From an uncultured Acidobacteriota bacterium (GTDB lineage: Bacteria; Acidobacteriota; Thermoanaerobaculia; Multivoradales; UBA5704), in assembly GCA_963770895.1 (NCBI GenBank), contig CAVYRF010000003.1, positions 24,110 to 88,109 on the forward strand: DNA of 64,000 nt, given 5' to 3'. Positions 10,474-21,148 of the stretch are shown here, piece by piece. Numbering within the stretch: the first letter of the stretch is position 1; every line of letters starts with the position of its first letter. A program made the position numbers and the translations under genes. The notes under the pieces were generated by a model. That model had not been told where the DNA came from and did not search any database. It saw only the letters and a program-made list of their open reading frames with translations.

Positions 10474-11564
10474 ATTTGACCGACCCGCGGGACCGCCGGC
10501 CGCAACGCATCGCGGTGCTGCCCGGCGATGGCATCGGCAAGGACGTCACGGTCGAGGCGGTCAAGGTGCTGAGCGCGGCGGCGGAGGTGTTCGACCTGCC
10601 GCTGCAGCTGGAACACCTGCCGTGGGACGCCGACCGCTACCTGGCGACCGGCGAGACCCTGCCGGCGGGAGCGCTGGAGGATTTCCGCGACAACTGGTCG
10701 GCCATTTTCATCGGCGCCTTTGGCGATCCGCGCGTGCCGGACATGAAGCACGCCGCCGACATCCTGCTCGGCATCCGCTTCGGCCTGGACCTGTACATCA
10801 ACCTGCGGCCGATCAAGCTCTACGACGCGCGCCACTGCCCGCTCAAGGGCAGGAGCGAACGCGACGTCGACATCGTCGTCTTCCGCGAGAACACCGAAGG
10901 CGCCTACGTCAACATGGGCGGCAACTTCAAGCGCGGCACCGCCGACGAAGTGGCGGTGCAGGACGAGATCCACACCCGCAAAGGGGTGGAGCGCATCGTC
11001 CGCGCGGCGTTCGACTACGCGGTGGCCCACGGCCGGCGCCAGGTGCTGATGAGCGACAAGTCGAACGTCATGCGCTACGGCCACGACCTGTGGCAGCGCT
11101 GCTTCCGGGAGGTGGCGGCGGACTATCCCGGCATCGAGGCGACCCACATGTTCGTCGACTCCCTGGCGATGCAGATGGTGCTGCAGCCGCAGACCCTGGA
11201 CGTCATCGTCAGCAACAACATGTTCGGCGACATCCTGACCGACCTGGGCGCTGCGCTGCAGGGCGGCCTGGGGGTTGCCGCCTCGGCCAACGTCCACCCC
11301 GGCCGCACCTCGATGTTCGAGCCGGTGCACGGCTCGGCGCCCAAGTTCGCCGGCACCGGCCGCGCCAACCCGGTCGGCGCCGTGCTGTCCTGTGCCCTCA
11401 TGCTGGACACGCTCGGCCACGCCGCCGCGGCGCGGGCCATCGAAGAGGAAGTCGCCAAGAGCCTGCGCGCCGGCGACACCACCGCCGACCTGGGCGGCAG
11501 CCTGAACACCTCGCAGGTCGGGGACCTGCTGGCCAAGGCCGTGGGCGCTCGCCCGCGTTCCTGA
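10470..11564 (+). CDS. Isocitrate/isopropylmalate dehydrogenase family (LeuB-like)
   Basis: VLPGDGIGKDV, INLRPIKL, FRENTEGAY, DKSNV, NMFGDILTDL, MFEPVHGSAP. Confidence 0.92.
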   Translation: MNLTDPRDRRPQRIAVLPGDGIGKDVTVEAVKVLSAAAEVFDLPLQLEHLPWDADRYLATGETLPAGALEDFRDNWSAIFIGAFGDPRVPDMKHAADILLGIRFGLDLYINLRPIKLYDARHCPLKGRSERDVDIVVFRENTEGAYVNMGGNFKRGTADEVAVQDEIHTRKGVERIVRAAFDYAVAHGRRQVLMSDKSNVMRYGHDLWQRCFREVAADYPGIEATHMFVDSLAMQMVLQPQTLDVIVSNNMFGDILTDLGAALQGGLGVAASANVHPGRTSMFEPVHGSAPKFAGTGRANPVGAVLSCALMLDTLGHAAAARAIEEEVAKSLRAGDTTADLGGSLNTSQVGDLLAKAVGARPRS

Positions 11565-11833
11565 GCCCCGCACCCGCTTACCGCGCCGAGCGCTCGCATC
11601 TGGACGCCGAGCGCTCGCGCCAGCGCGCTTGCATCTGCGTGCCGCGCACTCGCGCCAGCGCGCCGTGCGCTCGGTCCTGCCGCGGCGGCGGATTGTTGTT
11701 CAGTGCTATCAGCGGCGCTGCGCGACGGTCCGGCGGGGACGCGCTGTAGTAATATTTACGCTGGTTTGCGACGCCACGCCCCTTGGCGCACGACGACGAT
11801 CGGGCCGACCCCCGTGAGGAGCAGCAACAGGCA

Positions 11834-13075
11834 ATGACCACCGCGAACGTGGACAGACCGCTGATCTATGACTGGAACCTGGCGGGCGGCGAGCTGCAGC
11901 CCGCGCGCGGACGGGTGGAGCTGGACGACGAAACGCTGCGCGACGGCTTGCAATCGCCGTCGGTGCGCACGCCTTCGATCGACGACAAGCTGCGCATTCT
12001 GCACGGCATGGTGGGGCTGGGCATCGAATCGGTCGACCTCGGGCTGCCGGGCGCCGGCCCGCACGTGGTGCGCGACGTCGAGCGGCTGGCGCGGGAGATC
12101 GCCGACCAGCGGCTGCCGATCTTCCCCAACTGCGCCGCCCGCACGCTGGTGACCGATCTGCGGCCGATCGCCGAGATCGCGCAGCGCACCGGTCTGGCCA
12201 TCGAGGCGTCGTGCTTCATCGGCTCGTCGCCGATCCGCCAGTACACCGAAGGGTGGACCCTGGACCGCATGCTCAAGCTGACCCGCGAAGCCGTGCAGTT
12301 CGCGGCGGGCGAAGGGCTGCCGGTCATGTACGTCACCGAGGACACCACGCGCGCCGATCCCGAGGATCTGCGCCGCCTCTATACCGCGGCGGTCGAAGCG
12401 GGCGCTCGCCGCGTCTGCATCGCCGACACGGTGGGCCATGCGACGCCCGCCGGCGCCGCCAACGTCACCCGTTTCGTGCGCCAGGTGGTGGATGCCACCG
12501 GCGAAGACGTCAAGGTGGACTGGCACGGCCACCGCGATCGCGACCTGGCGGTGATCAACGCGCTCGCCGCCGCGGCCGGCGGCGCCGATCGCCTGCACGG
12601 CACGGCGCTGGGCATCGGCGAGCGGGTGGGCAACTGCCCCATCGACATGCTGCTGGTCAACATGCAACTGCTGGGCTGGATCGACCGCGACCTGGCCGGG
12701 CTGCCCGATCACTGCCGGCTGGTCGCCGCGACGACCGGCGTGGCGCTGCCCGACAACTATCCGGTGGTCGGGCGCGACGCCTTCCGCACCGCGACGGGCG
12801 TCCACGCTTCGGCGATTCTCAAGGCGCGCGCCCGCGGGCAGGACTGGCTGGCCGACCGCGTCTACTCCGGCGTTCCGGCAAGCCTCATCGGCTGCCGCCA
12901 GGTGGTCGACGTCGGTCCGATGAGCGGCGAATCCAACGTCGTCTGCTGGCTGCAGGATCACGACATCGAGGCCGAGCCGGCCCTGGTCAAGGAGATCTTC
13001 CAGCGCGCCAAGGAATCCAGCCAGGTCCTGGTGGACGCCGAGATCCTGGAGATCTGCCACGCCGCAAATCACTAG
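11834..13075 (+). CDS. 2-isopropylmalate/homocitrate synthase family (DRE-TIM), no C-terminal regulatory domain
   Basis: DETLRDGLQ, CIADTVG, HGHRDRDLA, GIGERVGN, GVHASAILK. Confidence 0.88.
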   Translation: MTTANVDRPLIYDWNLAGGELQPARGRVELDDETLRDGLQSPSVRTPSIDDKLRILHGMVGLGIESVDLGLPGAGPHVVRDVERLAREIADQRLPIFPNCAARTLVTDLRPIAEIAQRTGLAIEASCFIGSSPIRQYTEGWTLDRMLKLTREAVQFAAGEGLPVMYVTEDTTRADPEDLRRLYTAAVEAGARRVCIADTVGHATPAGAANVTRFVRQVVDATGEDVKVDWHGHRDRDLAVINALAAAAGGADRLHGTALGIGERVGNCPIDMLLVNMQLLGWIDRDLAGLPDHCRLVAATTGVALPDNYPVVGRDAFRTATGVHASAILKARARGQDWLADRVYSGVPASLIGCRQVVDVGPMSGESNVVCWLQDHDIEAEPALVKEIFQRAKESSQVLVDAEILEICHAANH

Positions 13076-13086
13076 GCCGCGCACCA

Positions 13087-13254
13087 CTAGTGGCCTGTAT
13101 CAGGCAAATCGCTAGTGCCTGGCTTGCCCTCGACGCCCGGAGCGGCGTTGCGCCTCCTCGACATAGTCCCCCGCTATGCCTGCGTCGGCGCGCCTGGCTC
13201 CAGGCGCCGATTGCGGCGCCATCCACTAGCGATTCACCTGATACAGGCCACTAG
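13087..13254. mobile_element. MITE/ERIC-like hairpin element, copy 1
   Basis: 31-bp inverted repeats at 13087-13117 and 13224-13254 (2 mismatches), CTAG at both ends; core homologous to that of 20931-21095. Confidence 0.8.
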
Positions 13255-13271
13255 CTAGCGCGGGGTAAGCG

Positions 13272-14375
<1,104 letters not shown>

Positions 14376-14631
14376 GAAGGGCGGCCCGCAGGTTGGCTCC
14401 GCCGCCTGGAGCCGATCGGCGGAGCGGGCGCTCGCTTGCGAGCCTGCGCCGGCCGCAGCTCCTTGTTCATCGCAGGCTCCTTGCACGAGAGTGTTCGACA
14501 GGAAGTATGCGATGTAATTTTGCGGGTTCGGCGAGCGCACCCCTGGCGGTTAAATTCTTACAATACTGGGTGAGTCCGCCGCGCTAGGCTTGGTTCATGA
14601 GCAGCTCGCCCGACCGCGAAGGAGGCAGGCG

Positions 14632-15966
14632 ATGATCCACGATCCGGGTGCCATGCCGCCGCCGGCCCGCAAGGCCGCGCTGGCGTATATCTTCGTCACC
14701 GTCGCTCTGGACATGCTGGCGTTCGGCATCGCCTTCCCGGTGCTGCCCAGGCTGGTGCTGCAGTTCAGCGGCGGCAACACCGCCAAGGCGGCGCTGGCCT
14801 ACGGCGCGTTCGGCACCACCTTTGCCGCCATGCAGTTTGTCTTTTCGCCGCTGCTCGGCGCGCTGTCCGACCGGTTCGGGCGGCGGCCGGTCGTGCTGCT
14901 GTCGAACCTGGGCCTGGGTGTGGACTACGTGGTGATGGCGCTGGCGCCGTCGCTCACCTGGCTGTTCGTGGGCCGGGTCACGTCGGGGATTTGCGGCGCG
15001 AGCTACGCCACCGCGGGCGCCTACATCGCCGACGTGACGCCGCCCGAAAAGCGCGCCGCCAGCTTCGGTCTGCTGAGCGCCGCCTTCGGGTTCGGCTTCG
15101 TGGTCGGCCCCGCGGTGGGCGGCCTGGCAGGCCGCATGGACCCGCGCCTGCCCTTCTGGATCGCCGCGGTGCTCTGCCTGCTCAACGCCGTCTACGGGCT
15201 CTTCGTCCTTCCCGAGTCGCTGCCGCCCGAGCGCCGCGGCAAGGTGCACTGGCACCTGGCCAACCCGATCAGCGCCCTGCTCATGCTGCGCCGCGAGCCG
15301 CGCCTGCTGGCGCTGACGGCGGTGATGTTCCTGCACTACGTGGCGCACGAATCCAATCCCAGCACCTTTGTCCTCTACACCGACTACCGCTACCACTGGG
15401 ACGTGCGCACCGTGGGACTCAGCCTGGCGGCGGTCGGCATCACCAGCACCCTGGTGGGCGTCGGCCTGGTGCGCCCGGTCGTGGCGCGCCTGGGCGAGCG
15501 CCGCACCCTCTTCGCCGGCCTCGCCTTTGGCGTCCTGGGTTTTGTCCTCTGCGCCGCCGCCCCCACCGGTACGGTGTTCTTCATCGCCATCCCGGTGCTC
15601 GCCCTGTGGGGCCTCACCTCGCCCGCCGCCCAGGCGCTCCTCACCCAGCAAGCCGATCCCGCCGCCCAGGGCCGCCTGCAAGGCGCCCTGTCAGGCCTGC
15701 AAGGCATCGCCCTCATGCTCGGCCCAGCCCTCTTCACCGCCCTCTTCGCCGCCGTCGTCCGCCCGCCGCATGCCGCTGGGGGCACTGGCGGCGCCGCAGC
15801 GGCAGCCGGCGCCGCAGTGGCCGGCGCCAGCGCCGTCCCCGCCCTGTCCGCCGCCGCCCACCCCTGGCTGGCCGGCGCCCCCTACTACCTGGCCGCCATC
15901 CTGATGGCCATCGCCCTGGTCGTCGCCCTGCGCACCGTCCGCGCTCCTGCTGCGCTGGAGGGGTGA
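14632..15966 (+). CDS. MFS transporter, TCR/TetA (DHA1) family
   Basis: AAMQFVFSPLLGALSDRFGRRPV, AYIADVTPPEKRA, GFVVGPAVGG; about 12 hydrophobic segments. Confidence 0.9.
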   Translation: MIHDPGAMPPPARKAALAYIFVTVALDMLAFGIAFPVLPRLVLQFSGGNTAKAALAYGAFGTTFAAMQFVFSPLLGALSDRFGRRPVVLLSNLGLGVDYVVMALAPSLTWLFVGRVTSGICGASYATAGAYIADVTPPEKRAASFGLLSAAFGFGFVVGPAVGGLAGRMDPRLPFWIAAVLCLLNAVYGLFVLPESLPPERRGKVHWHLANPISALLMLRREPRLLALTAVMFLHYVAHESNPSTFVLYTDYRYHWDVRTVGLSLAAVGITSTLVGVGLVRPVVARLGERRTLFAGLAFGVLGFVLCAAAPTGTVFFIAIPVLALWGLTSPAAQALLTQQADPAAQGRLQGALSGLQGIALMLGPALFTALFAAVVRPPHAAGGTGGAAAAAGAAVAGASAVPALSAAAHPWLAGAPYYLAAILMAIALVVALRTVRAPAALEG

Positions 15967-16241
15967 GGCGGAGGCGGCTGGGACAGCCGCTCGCAAATAG
16001 GTTTCCCGGTCGATCCCGTGGCGCAGCATCGGTCGCCCGAAGAGATCGATGGGACCTGCGCGCCGTTCGCCGATGCGCTCGGCCACCCGCGCACGGTGGC
16101 AGCTGGTTCCATGAGCTGCCGTGGTCGACTGGCTGGTTAAATTCCTCGCCGGATGCGGGGGTGCTGCGGGCCGCGAAGAGCTGGAGCGGGAGCCTCTAGC
16201 CAATGCGCTGGATCGAGATCAGGCCCTGGGCGGTGTGCCGC

Positions 16242-18125
16242 TTACTCGGAAGGCGGCTGCGCCGGAGGCAGTGTGACGAGAAACTCTGCGATCTCTTGAG
16301 CCTTGGCTTCGTGGCCAAGCTGGCGAAAGCCGGCAAGGGACCTGTCCAAGACCGCCCGACCTTCAGCGATCTCCCCCGAGGCGCAGAGTAGCCGGCCAAG
16401 GTCCAAGCCGACGACGCAGATGGCATCGAGCCTGACCACCGGCGTCGCCTAGAGACTCGAACACCCGCAGCCTCTTCTGGTGCAGCGCGAGCGCCGGCTC
16501 CACTTCACCGCGAGTGGCCTGGATCCGGGCGATGTCCCCCAGCGTCACGGCACGCTCCCGCGCGTCGCCCAGAGACTCGAACACCCGCAGCCTCTCCTGG
16601 TGCAGCGCCAGCGCCAACTCCACTTCCCCGCGAGACGCCTTGATCCGGGCGATCTCCCCTAGCGTTATTGCTACCTCGCGGGTCCGACCGGCGCGAGCGA
16701 GAAGCTCGCGTGCCCGCTCGAACCCCTCCTGTGCATCCGCGATCCGGCCGTCTTGCGCCATAAGGCGTGAATGGGAGATCAGGACCGCCGCATGATCGTC
16801 GCTTTCGACTTGCTCCCCGGCGTTGAGTTTGGCAAGAATCGCCTGGTTGGCGCGGCCGTACAGCTGCCTGGCAGTCACCGTGTCGCCGGTCAGGCGGCAC
16901 AGGTCTGCAACCCTGCGCAGCAAATCAAGCGGAGCGGAGACCTTGCCCTCATCCACCAGTGTGATCGCCGCGAGGCCAAGCGCCACCGCCTCCCGGTTGC
17001 GCCCCGAGCGTGCCTCCGCATCGACAGCATCCCCTGCACAGGCAGCGACGACCTGGGCGGCGCCGCAGAGCAGAGCAAGACGGGTCAGCTCCAGATCCTG
17101 GAGCAGGGACCGCTGCCACCGGCCCTCACCTCCGCCGCCCCACGCCTCGAAGAGGGGGGCTACGGCGCGCGCCGCAAGGTCGCGCTCCTCCGCGGCGGTC
17201 AGCGTGCCCGCGTGGAGCCGCGCCAGGCCGCTCACCAGGAGGCTTGCCGTAGCGTCGGGGGCATGCACCTCCCACAGGCCGAGGCCCACCAGGCGGGCGC
17301 CCACCGGTTGGCCGGGCTGGACCAGCGAGAGAGCGACAGCAAGGGGCGCCATGACCGCCTCGGGAATCGGCATCGAGAACAGCGTCGAGACGCGGAGCAG
17401 CTCGCGCTCGTCCGGGGTCAGTAACGTGAGCAGGGTGCCGAGAGCCAGGTTGGAGAGGAACGCGACCAGCCGCTCGTCCGCGACCTCACCCTCACCGGCC
17501 AGGCTGGCCTCCATCTCGGACAGCGCCCGCCCGGCCTGCTCCGGGGCTTCGACCAGGAGGCGTGTGAGCAGATCCTGGAGACCGGGATTGCCTTGGGCGA
17601 CGGCCAGCAGACGTGGCACCTGCGCCGGCTCGGCGACGCGGGCGCCCAGCAGGCGTAGCTTGGTACGCAGCTGCTTGCGGCGGTCGGTGTCGCTCATCGC
17701 CGGCAGGGGATGCCAGAAGAAAACCTGGGCGAGCTCGCGCTGCTGCCAGGGCAGGGTGAAGGTGTACCGGCTGGTGATCAGGAGCCTGGATTCCGTCTCG
17801 GCCCGCCCCAGGGCTCGGACGAGCGCCCGCACGGGTTCGACGAAGTGGGCGATGATTCGCTTGGGAGCCGCGTCGTCCGGCTCCAGCAGCTGCTCGAAAT
17901 CGTCGAGCACGAAGAGGATCGGCCGGCGGCGCTCCTCCGGCTGTGCACAGTAGGTTTCGAGCAGCTGGACAAGGACGTCGACGAGCGTCCCTTCGTCCGT
18001 GGCCCGCTCCCGGTGCTGGCGCACCAGCTCGCGGGCGGCCGGCTCGGCGACGACCTCGGCAACGGCGTCGAGCAGCGCGCTGCCGTCGAAGGGGCCGAAC
18101 AGGACCAGCGAGAAGCCGCGGTGGA
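16242..18125 (-). pseudogene. Fragment of a STAND (NB-ARC/NACHT-like) NTPase-TPR protein; 5'-truncated and frameshifted near 16440
   Basis: Walker B ILFVLDDFE, sensor LLITSR, GNP motif and 40-aa TPRs. The C-terminus (RLDAICVVGLDLGRLLC...) lies in another frame at 16242-16439. No Walker A. Confidence 0.7.
16441..16680. repeat. Two tandem 120-bp repeats encoding TPR units
   Basis: 16441-16560 and 16561-16680 align (agagactcgaacacccgcagcctct...gatccgggcgat). Confidence 0.85.
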
Positions 18126-18235
18126 TCGCCGTCGCCGGACGCCTGGCCGTGGATTGTGGTCGGACCCGACCGCATGGACCGCTGGCTTCAACGGACCACA
18201 AATTCCGAGGGATCGAGCCTCGGGTCGCCTTATTG

Positions 18236-18422
18236 TCGGTGGGTATAGCTCGGCAGTGGTTCGGCTTGCAGGGCAAGACGGATAACTGCCAGGCGGCGGT
18301 CTTCGCCGCTCTGGCGCTAGACAAGTGGGCCAGCTTGATCGACGCAGAGCTGTACCTGCCGCGGGAATGGGAGGAGGATCCGAGGCGATGCGCCGCGGCA
18401 GGAGTGCCCCCCGCGGAATTGC
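18236..18422 (+). mobile_element. IS701-family transposase remnant
   Basis: SVGIARQWFGLQGKTDNCQAAVF...IDAELYLPREWEEDPRRCAAAGVP matches the IS701 motif SVGVARQYxGxxGKxxNCQ...LYLPxxW...AGVP. Confidence 0.8.
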
Positions 18423-18428
18423 GATCCC

Positions 18429-18510
18429 TGCGGGTCCGAAGGTCAGGGCTTGCTGGATGCGATCGTAGCGGAAGGGTTCGTCGTCGGCGTCGACGCCCTC
18501 GAAGAGGCCG
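18429..18510. repeat. 82-bp direct-repeat copy of PP2C gene segment 22180-22261
   Basis: Manual alignment, 4 mismatches in 82 bp. Confidence 0.9.
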
Positions 18511-18591
18511 ACGCCGCGCCATCGCGGCCGCGGCCGGCGGCCTCCTAGCGAGCGGGCGGCGGTAGCGGAAGGGAGGCCGCGGGGTCCAGAA

Positions 18592-19797
18592 TCAGGGGCA
18601 GTCGAAGGCGGCGGTGTCGAAGAAGGTCTGGAAGAGCTGGTTTTTGGCGCTGGAGTAGGTCTTGACCTTGCCGGTCTGGGTGTCGGTGACGGTGATTGCC
18701 ACGCCGACGTTGGTGAGGCCGCCGGCGGACACCCACCACTTGTTGTAGGGGGCCACGCAGGCGTTGAGGATCTTAAGGATGAGCTCGATGTTGCCGGGAT
18801 CGAAGAAGCTGAATTTGACGCTCTGCTGGCTTTCCAGCAGCACCGTCGCCGGCCCCTTGCCGCTGGCCGGGGTGGCGTCGTAGTTGACCGTGACCTTGAA
18901 GCGGTTGTACAGGCAGGCGGTGGTGGCGGAGGGGACGCATGCAGGCTCTACGGGCATCAGGCCGAAGATTGGCGCGGAGGCGCTGAACGACACGGTCCAG
19001 TAGGCCGCACCGCTGGTGAGCTCTCCGTCTCCCGACACGTCGACGGCGACAAAACCGGCGCCCGGACCGAGCTGGGTGAGCATCGTCGACAACCACAGCG
19101 TGCCTTGGGCGAACGTCGCGGCGATGGGCAGCACGGGGGAGATGAAGAGCGCGTTGGTGTACAGCAGCGTTGGCACCAGGAGGGAGTCCATGCGGTCGAC
19201 GAACAGCGTGCCGCCGGCGTCGATGGAAGCGAAGTACAGCACGTCGGTGGATGGGTCGATGGCGATCGTCCCACCAATGTTGAGGCCGGAGGTGCACGGC
19301 GCCACCCGGCCGGAATCGAGGCTGCCGAGCAGTCCGATGATGTTGCCGCCGGTCGGGTCCAGCTGAAACAGCTCGTTGCTGTAGGTGCTGTCGCATAGCG
19401 CAAAGCCGTACAGTTGGCCCTTGCTGTCGAAGGCGAGGCTGCTGAGGGCCACGGTCAGCGGCGGCCCGAAGGGTGTGATCGTGGCGGTTTGCACATCGAC
19501 GTGCACCAGCGTCCCGCTGCCGTTGATGCCCGCGATTGCAACCACGTCGCCGGTGAGCGGATTGCGTGCCAAGCTGCGCATGACCACCTGGCCGCTGCCG
19601 GAAACGAAGGTGGGAGCGGTGAGGAGCTGCAACCCATCTGTCATAACCAGCGCCGCCGTGTTTTGGGCGGTACTGGTCGGGGAGGCGGCGGTCACCGCTT
19701 CGAACAGCTGGGCCGTCGCCGTGCGACCGGTAAGGCCGAGCAAGGCGATCAGCACGACACCGCGGAAGATCCCGGTCCGGCATTGATGTACACGCAT
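18592..19797 (-). CDS. Secreted beta-propeller-like protein with Cys-flanked C-terminal domain
   Basis: Signal peptide (VVLIALLGLTGRTATAQ); LAFDSKGQLYG and IAIDPSTDVLY blades; C-terminus CLYNRFKV...FSFFDPGNIELILKILNAC...WWVSAGGLTNV...VTDTQTG...DTAAFDCP. Confidence 0.75.
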   Translation of the reverse strand: MRVHQCRTGIFRGVVLIALLGLTGRTATAQLFEAVTAASPTSTAQNTAALVMTDGLQLLTAPTFVSGSGQVVMRSLARNPLTGDVVAIAGINGSGTLVHVDVQTATITPFGPPLTVALSSLAFDSKGQLYGFALCDSTYSNELFQLDPTGGNIIGLLGSLDSGRVAPCTSGLNIGGTIAIDPSTDVLYFASIDAGGTLFVDRMDSLLVPTLLYTNALFISPVLPIAATFAQGTLWLSTMLTQLGPGAGFVAVDVSGDGELTSGAAYWTVSFSASAPIFGLMPVEPACVPSATTACLYNRFKVTVNYDATPASGKGPATVLLESQQSVKFSFFDPGNIELILKILNACVAPYNKWWVSAGGLTNVGVAITVTDTQTGKVKTYSSAKNQLFQTFFDTAAFDCP

Positions 19798-19820
19798 GGC
19801 TTTACCCCCTTGTTTCTTCA

Positions 19821-19865
19821 CTTCCGCCGCGGATGAATGTACGTCGCAGTATAAACTTCCCTGGC
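19821..19865 (-). promoter_or_regulatory. Putative promoter (TATACT -10) of the secreted-protein gene, duplicated at 21799-21843
   Basis: cttccg-cgcgg--gaatgtacg-cgcagtataaac--ccctggc is conserved upstream of both paralogs. Confidence 0.5.
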
Positions 19866-20138
19866 CGAATGGGGGCGGCGCCTCGGCGCCGGCACTCCCT
19901 GTACCACGGCGGATCGCGGACCAACAGCCTCCGGCTCCCAAGCGGCTTCGCCGCGTGGGCTGAGTGGTCGTGGGCCGAAAGGCCGCGGACAACCGGCGGC
20001 CGTGGCCCTTGGTGGGCTCGTAGGTGTCCGGGCGGCCGACTAGGCGTTTTGGCTGGCTGGCACGTAAGATAGCGTGAACGGACATTCTTGGGCGGCGGGT
20101 GCGTTGGGGTACCTGTCGCTGGAGTCGAGGGAATCAGG

Positions 20139-20933
20139 ATGCAGCAGAGAGCTTTTCGCGCGCTGGGTTTTGCCGGTCTGGGTCTGGTGGCAGGTCTTGC
20201 AATGGCGGCGGAGGCGCGCGCCGACCTGGTGATCCTTGCCAATGGCGAGGTGGTCAAGGTCAAGGCGTATGAGCTGGACGGCGAGCAGGCGCGCCTGACG
20301 CTGCCGTCGGGCGGCCGGATGACGCTGCCGCTGATGCGCGTGGAGCGGGTGGTGGACGACGAGGTGGCGCCCGACCCCGATCCGCCGCCGCCGAGCGCGG
20401 CGGGTGCGGGCGCGGCCGGGGCGCCGATGCCGCAGGTGCCGCTGCGTTTTGCCGCCGAGCAGGCGGTTCCCGGCGGCCCCTGGGGGGCGCTGATCTACGA
20501 GGTGGCGCGCCGTAACTCACTAAATCCAATGGTGGTTGCGGCGGTGATCGGGGCTGAGTCGGGGGGCAACCCGATGGCGGTCTCGCGGGTCGGGGCGCGC
20601 GGCCTGATGCAGCTGATGCCGGCCACCGCGGAACGTTTCGGGGTGCACCACGAAGACCTCTTCGACCCGACCCAGAACCTGGAGGCGGGCAGCCGCTACC
20701 TGTCCTGGCTGGTCGACCAGTTCCCCAACGATCTGGCCAAGATCCTGGCCGCCTACAACGCCGGCGAAAACGCCGTCAGCCGCTACAACGGCGTGCCCCC
20801 GTACCGCGAAACCCGCGGCTACGTCCGGCGCATCTTCAGCAGCCTGGGCCTGGCCCTGGTCCCCGGCTGGATGGGCGAGCGGCCGGCAACCTCCCGCATG
20901 GCCTCGGCCGCGCGCAGCGCCGGCTCCCGCTAG
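20139..20933 (+). CDS. Lytic transglycosylase (SLT domain)
   Basis: AVIGAESGGNP, GARGLMQLMPATA, NLEAGSRYL, LAAYNAGE, PPYRETRGYV; signal peptide. Confidence 0.93.
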   Translation: MQQRAFRALGFAGLGLVAGLAMAAEARADLVILANGEVVKVKAYELDGEQARLTLPSGGRMTLPLMRVERVVDDEVAPDPDPPPPSAAGAGAAGAPMPQVPLRFAAEQAVPGGPWGALIYEVARRNSLNPMVVAAVIGAESGGNPMAVSRVGARGLMQLMPATAERFGVHHEDLFDPTQNLEAGSRYLSWLVDQFPNDLAKILAAYNAGENAVSRYNGVPPYRETRGYVRRIFSSLGLALVPGWMGERPATSRMASAARSAGSR

Positions 20934-21095
20934 TGTCCCGAGTCAGAAATTCGCGGCATAAGTCGGCGAGTCATCCGCGCTCCTGGCCAGGCGCGCCGCC
21001 GCAGGCATAGTCGAACCTATGTCGAGGAGGCGCAACGCCGCCAGGGGCGTGGAGGGCCGCCGAATTATGGTGTGAATTTCTGACTCGGGGCACTA
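20931..21095. mobile_element. MITE/ERIC-like hairpin element, copy 2
   Basis: 38-bp imperfect inverted repeats at 20931-20968 and 21058-21095 (5 mismatches, 3 of them G-T); begins with the TAG stop of the SLT gene. Confidence 0.8.
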
Positions 21096-21148
21096 CGCCC
21101 CCTGGCGGCGACCGCCAGCGCCCCCGCTTCGGGAAGACTGCCCCAGGA

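Noticed and set aside
11580-11680. Short repeats (CGCCGAGCGCTCGC x2, CGCGCCAGCGCGC x2) between the leuB- and leuA-like genes as an attenuator or T-box
   Set aside because: No Leu-rich leader peptide, T-box motif or U-tract; consistent with slippage repeats.
14500-14570. dif site next to xerD
   Set aside because: AT-rich, but lacks the XerC/XerD arm consensus (TTATGTTAAAT) at the right spacing; more likely the MFS promoter.
15985-16100. Possible IS66 transposase C-terminal remnant (RHGIDRETYLRAA, - strand)
   Set aside because: The similarity is too short and weak to support without a search.
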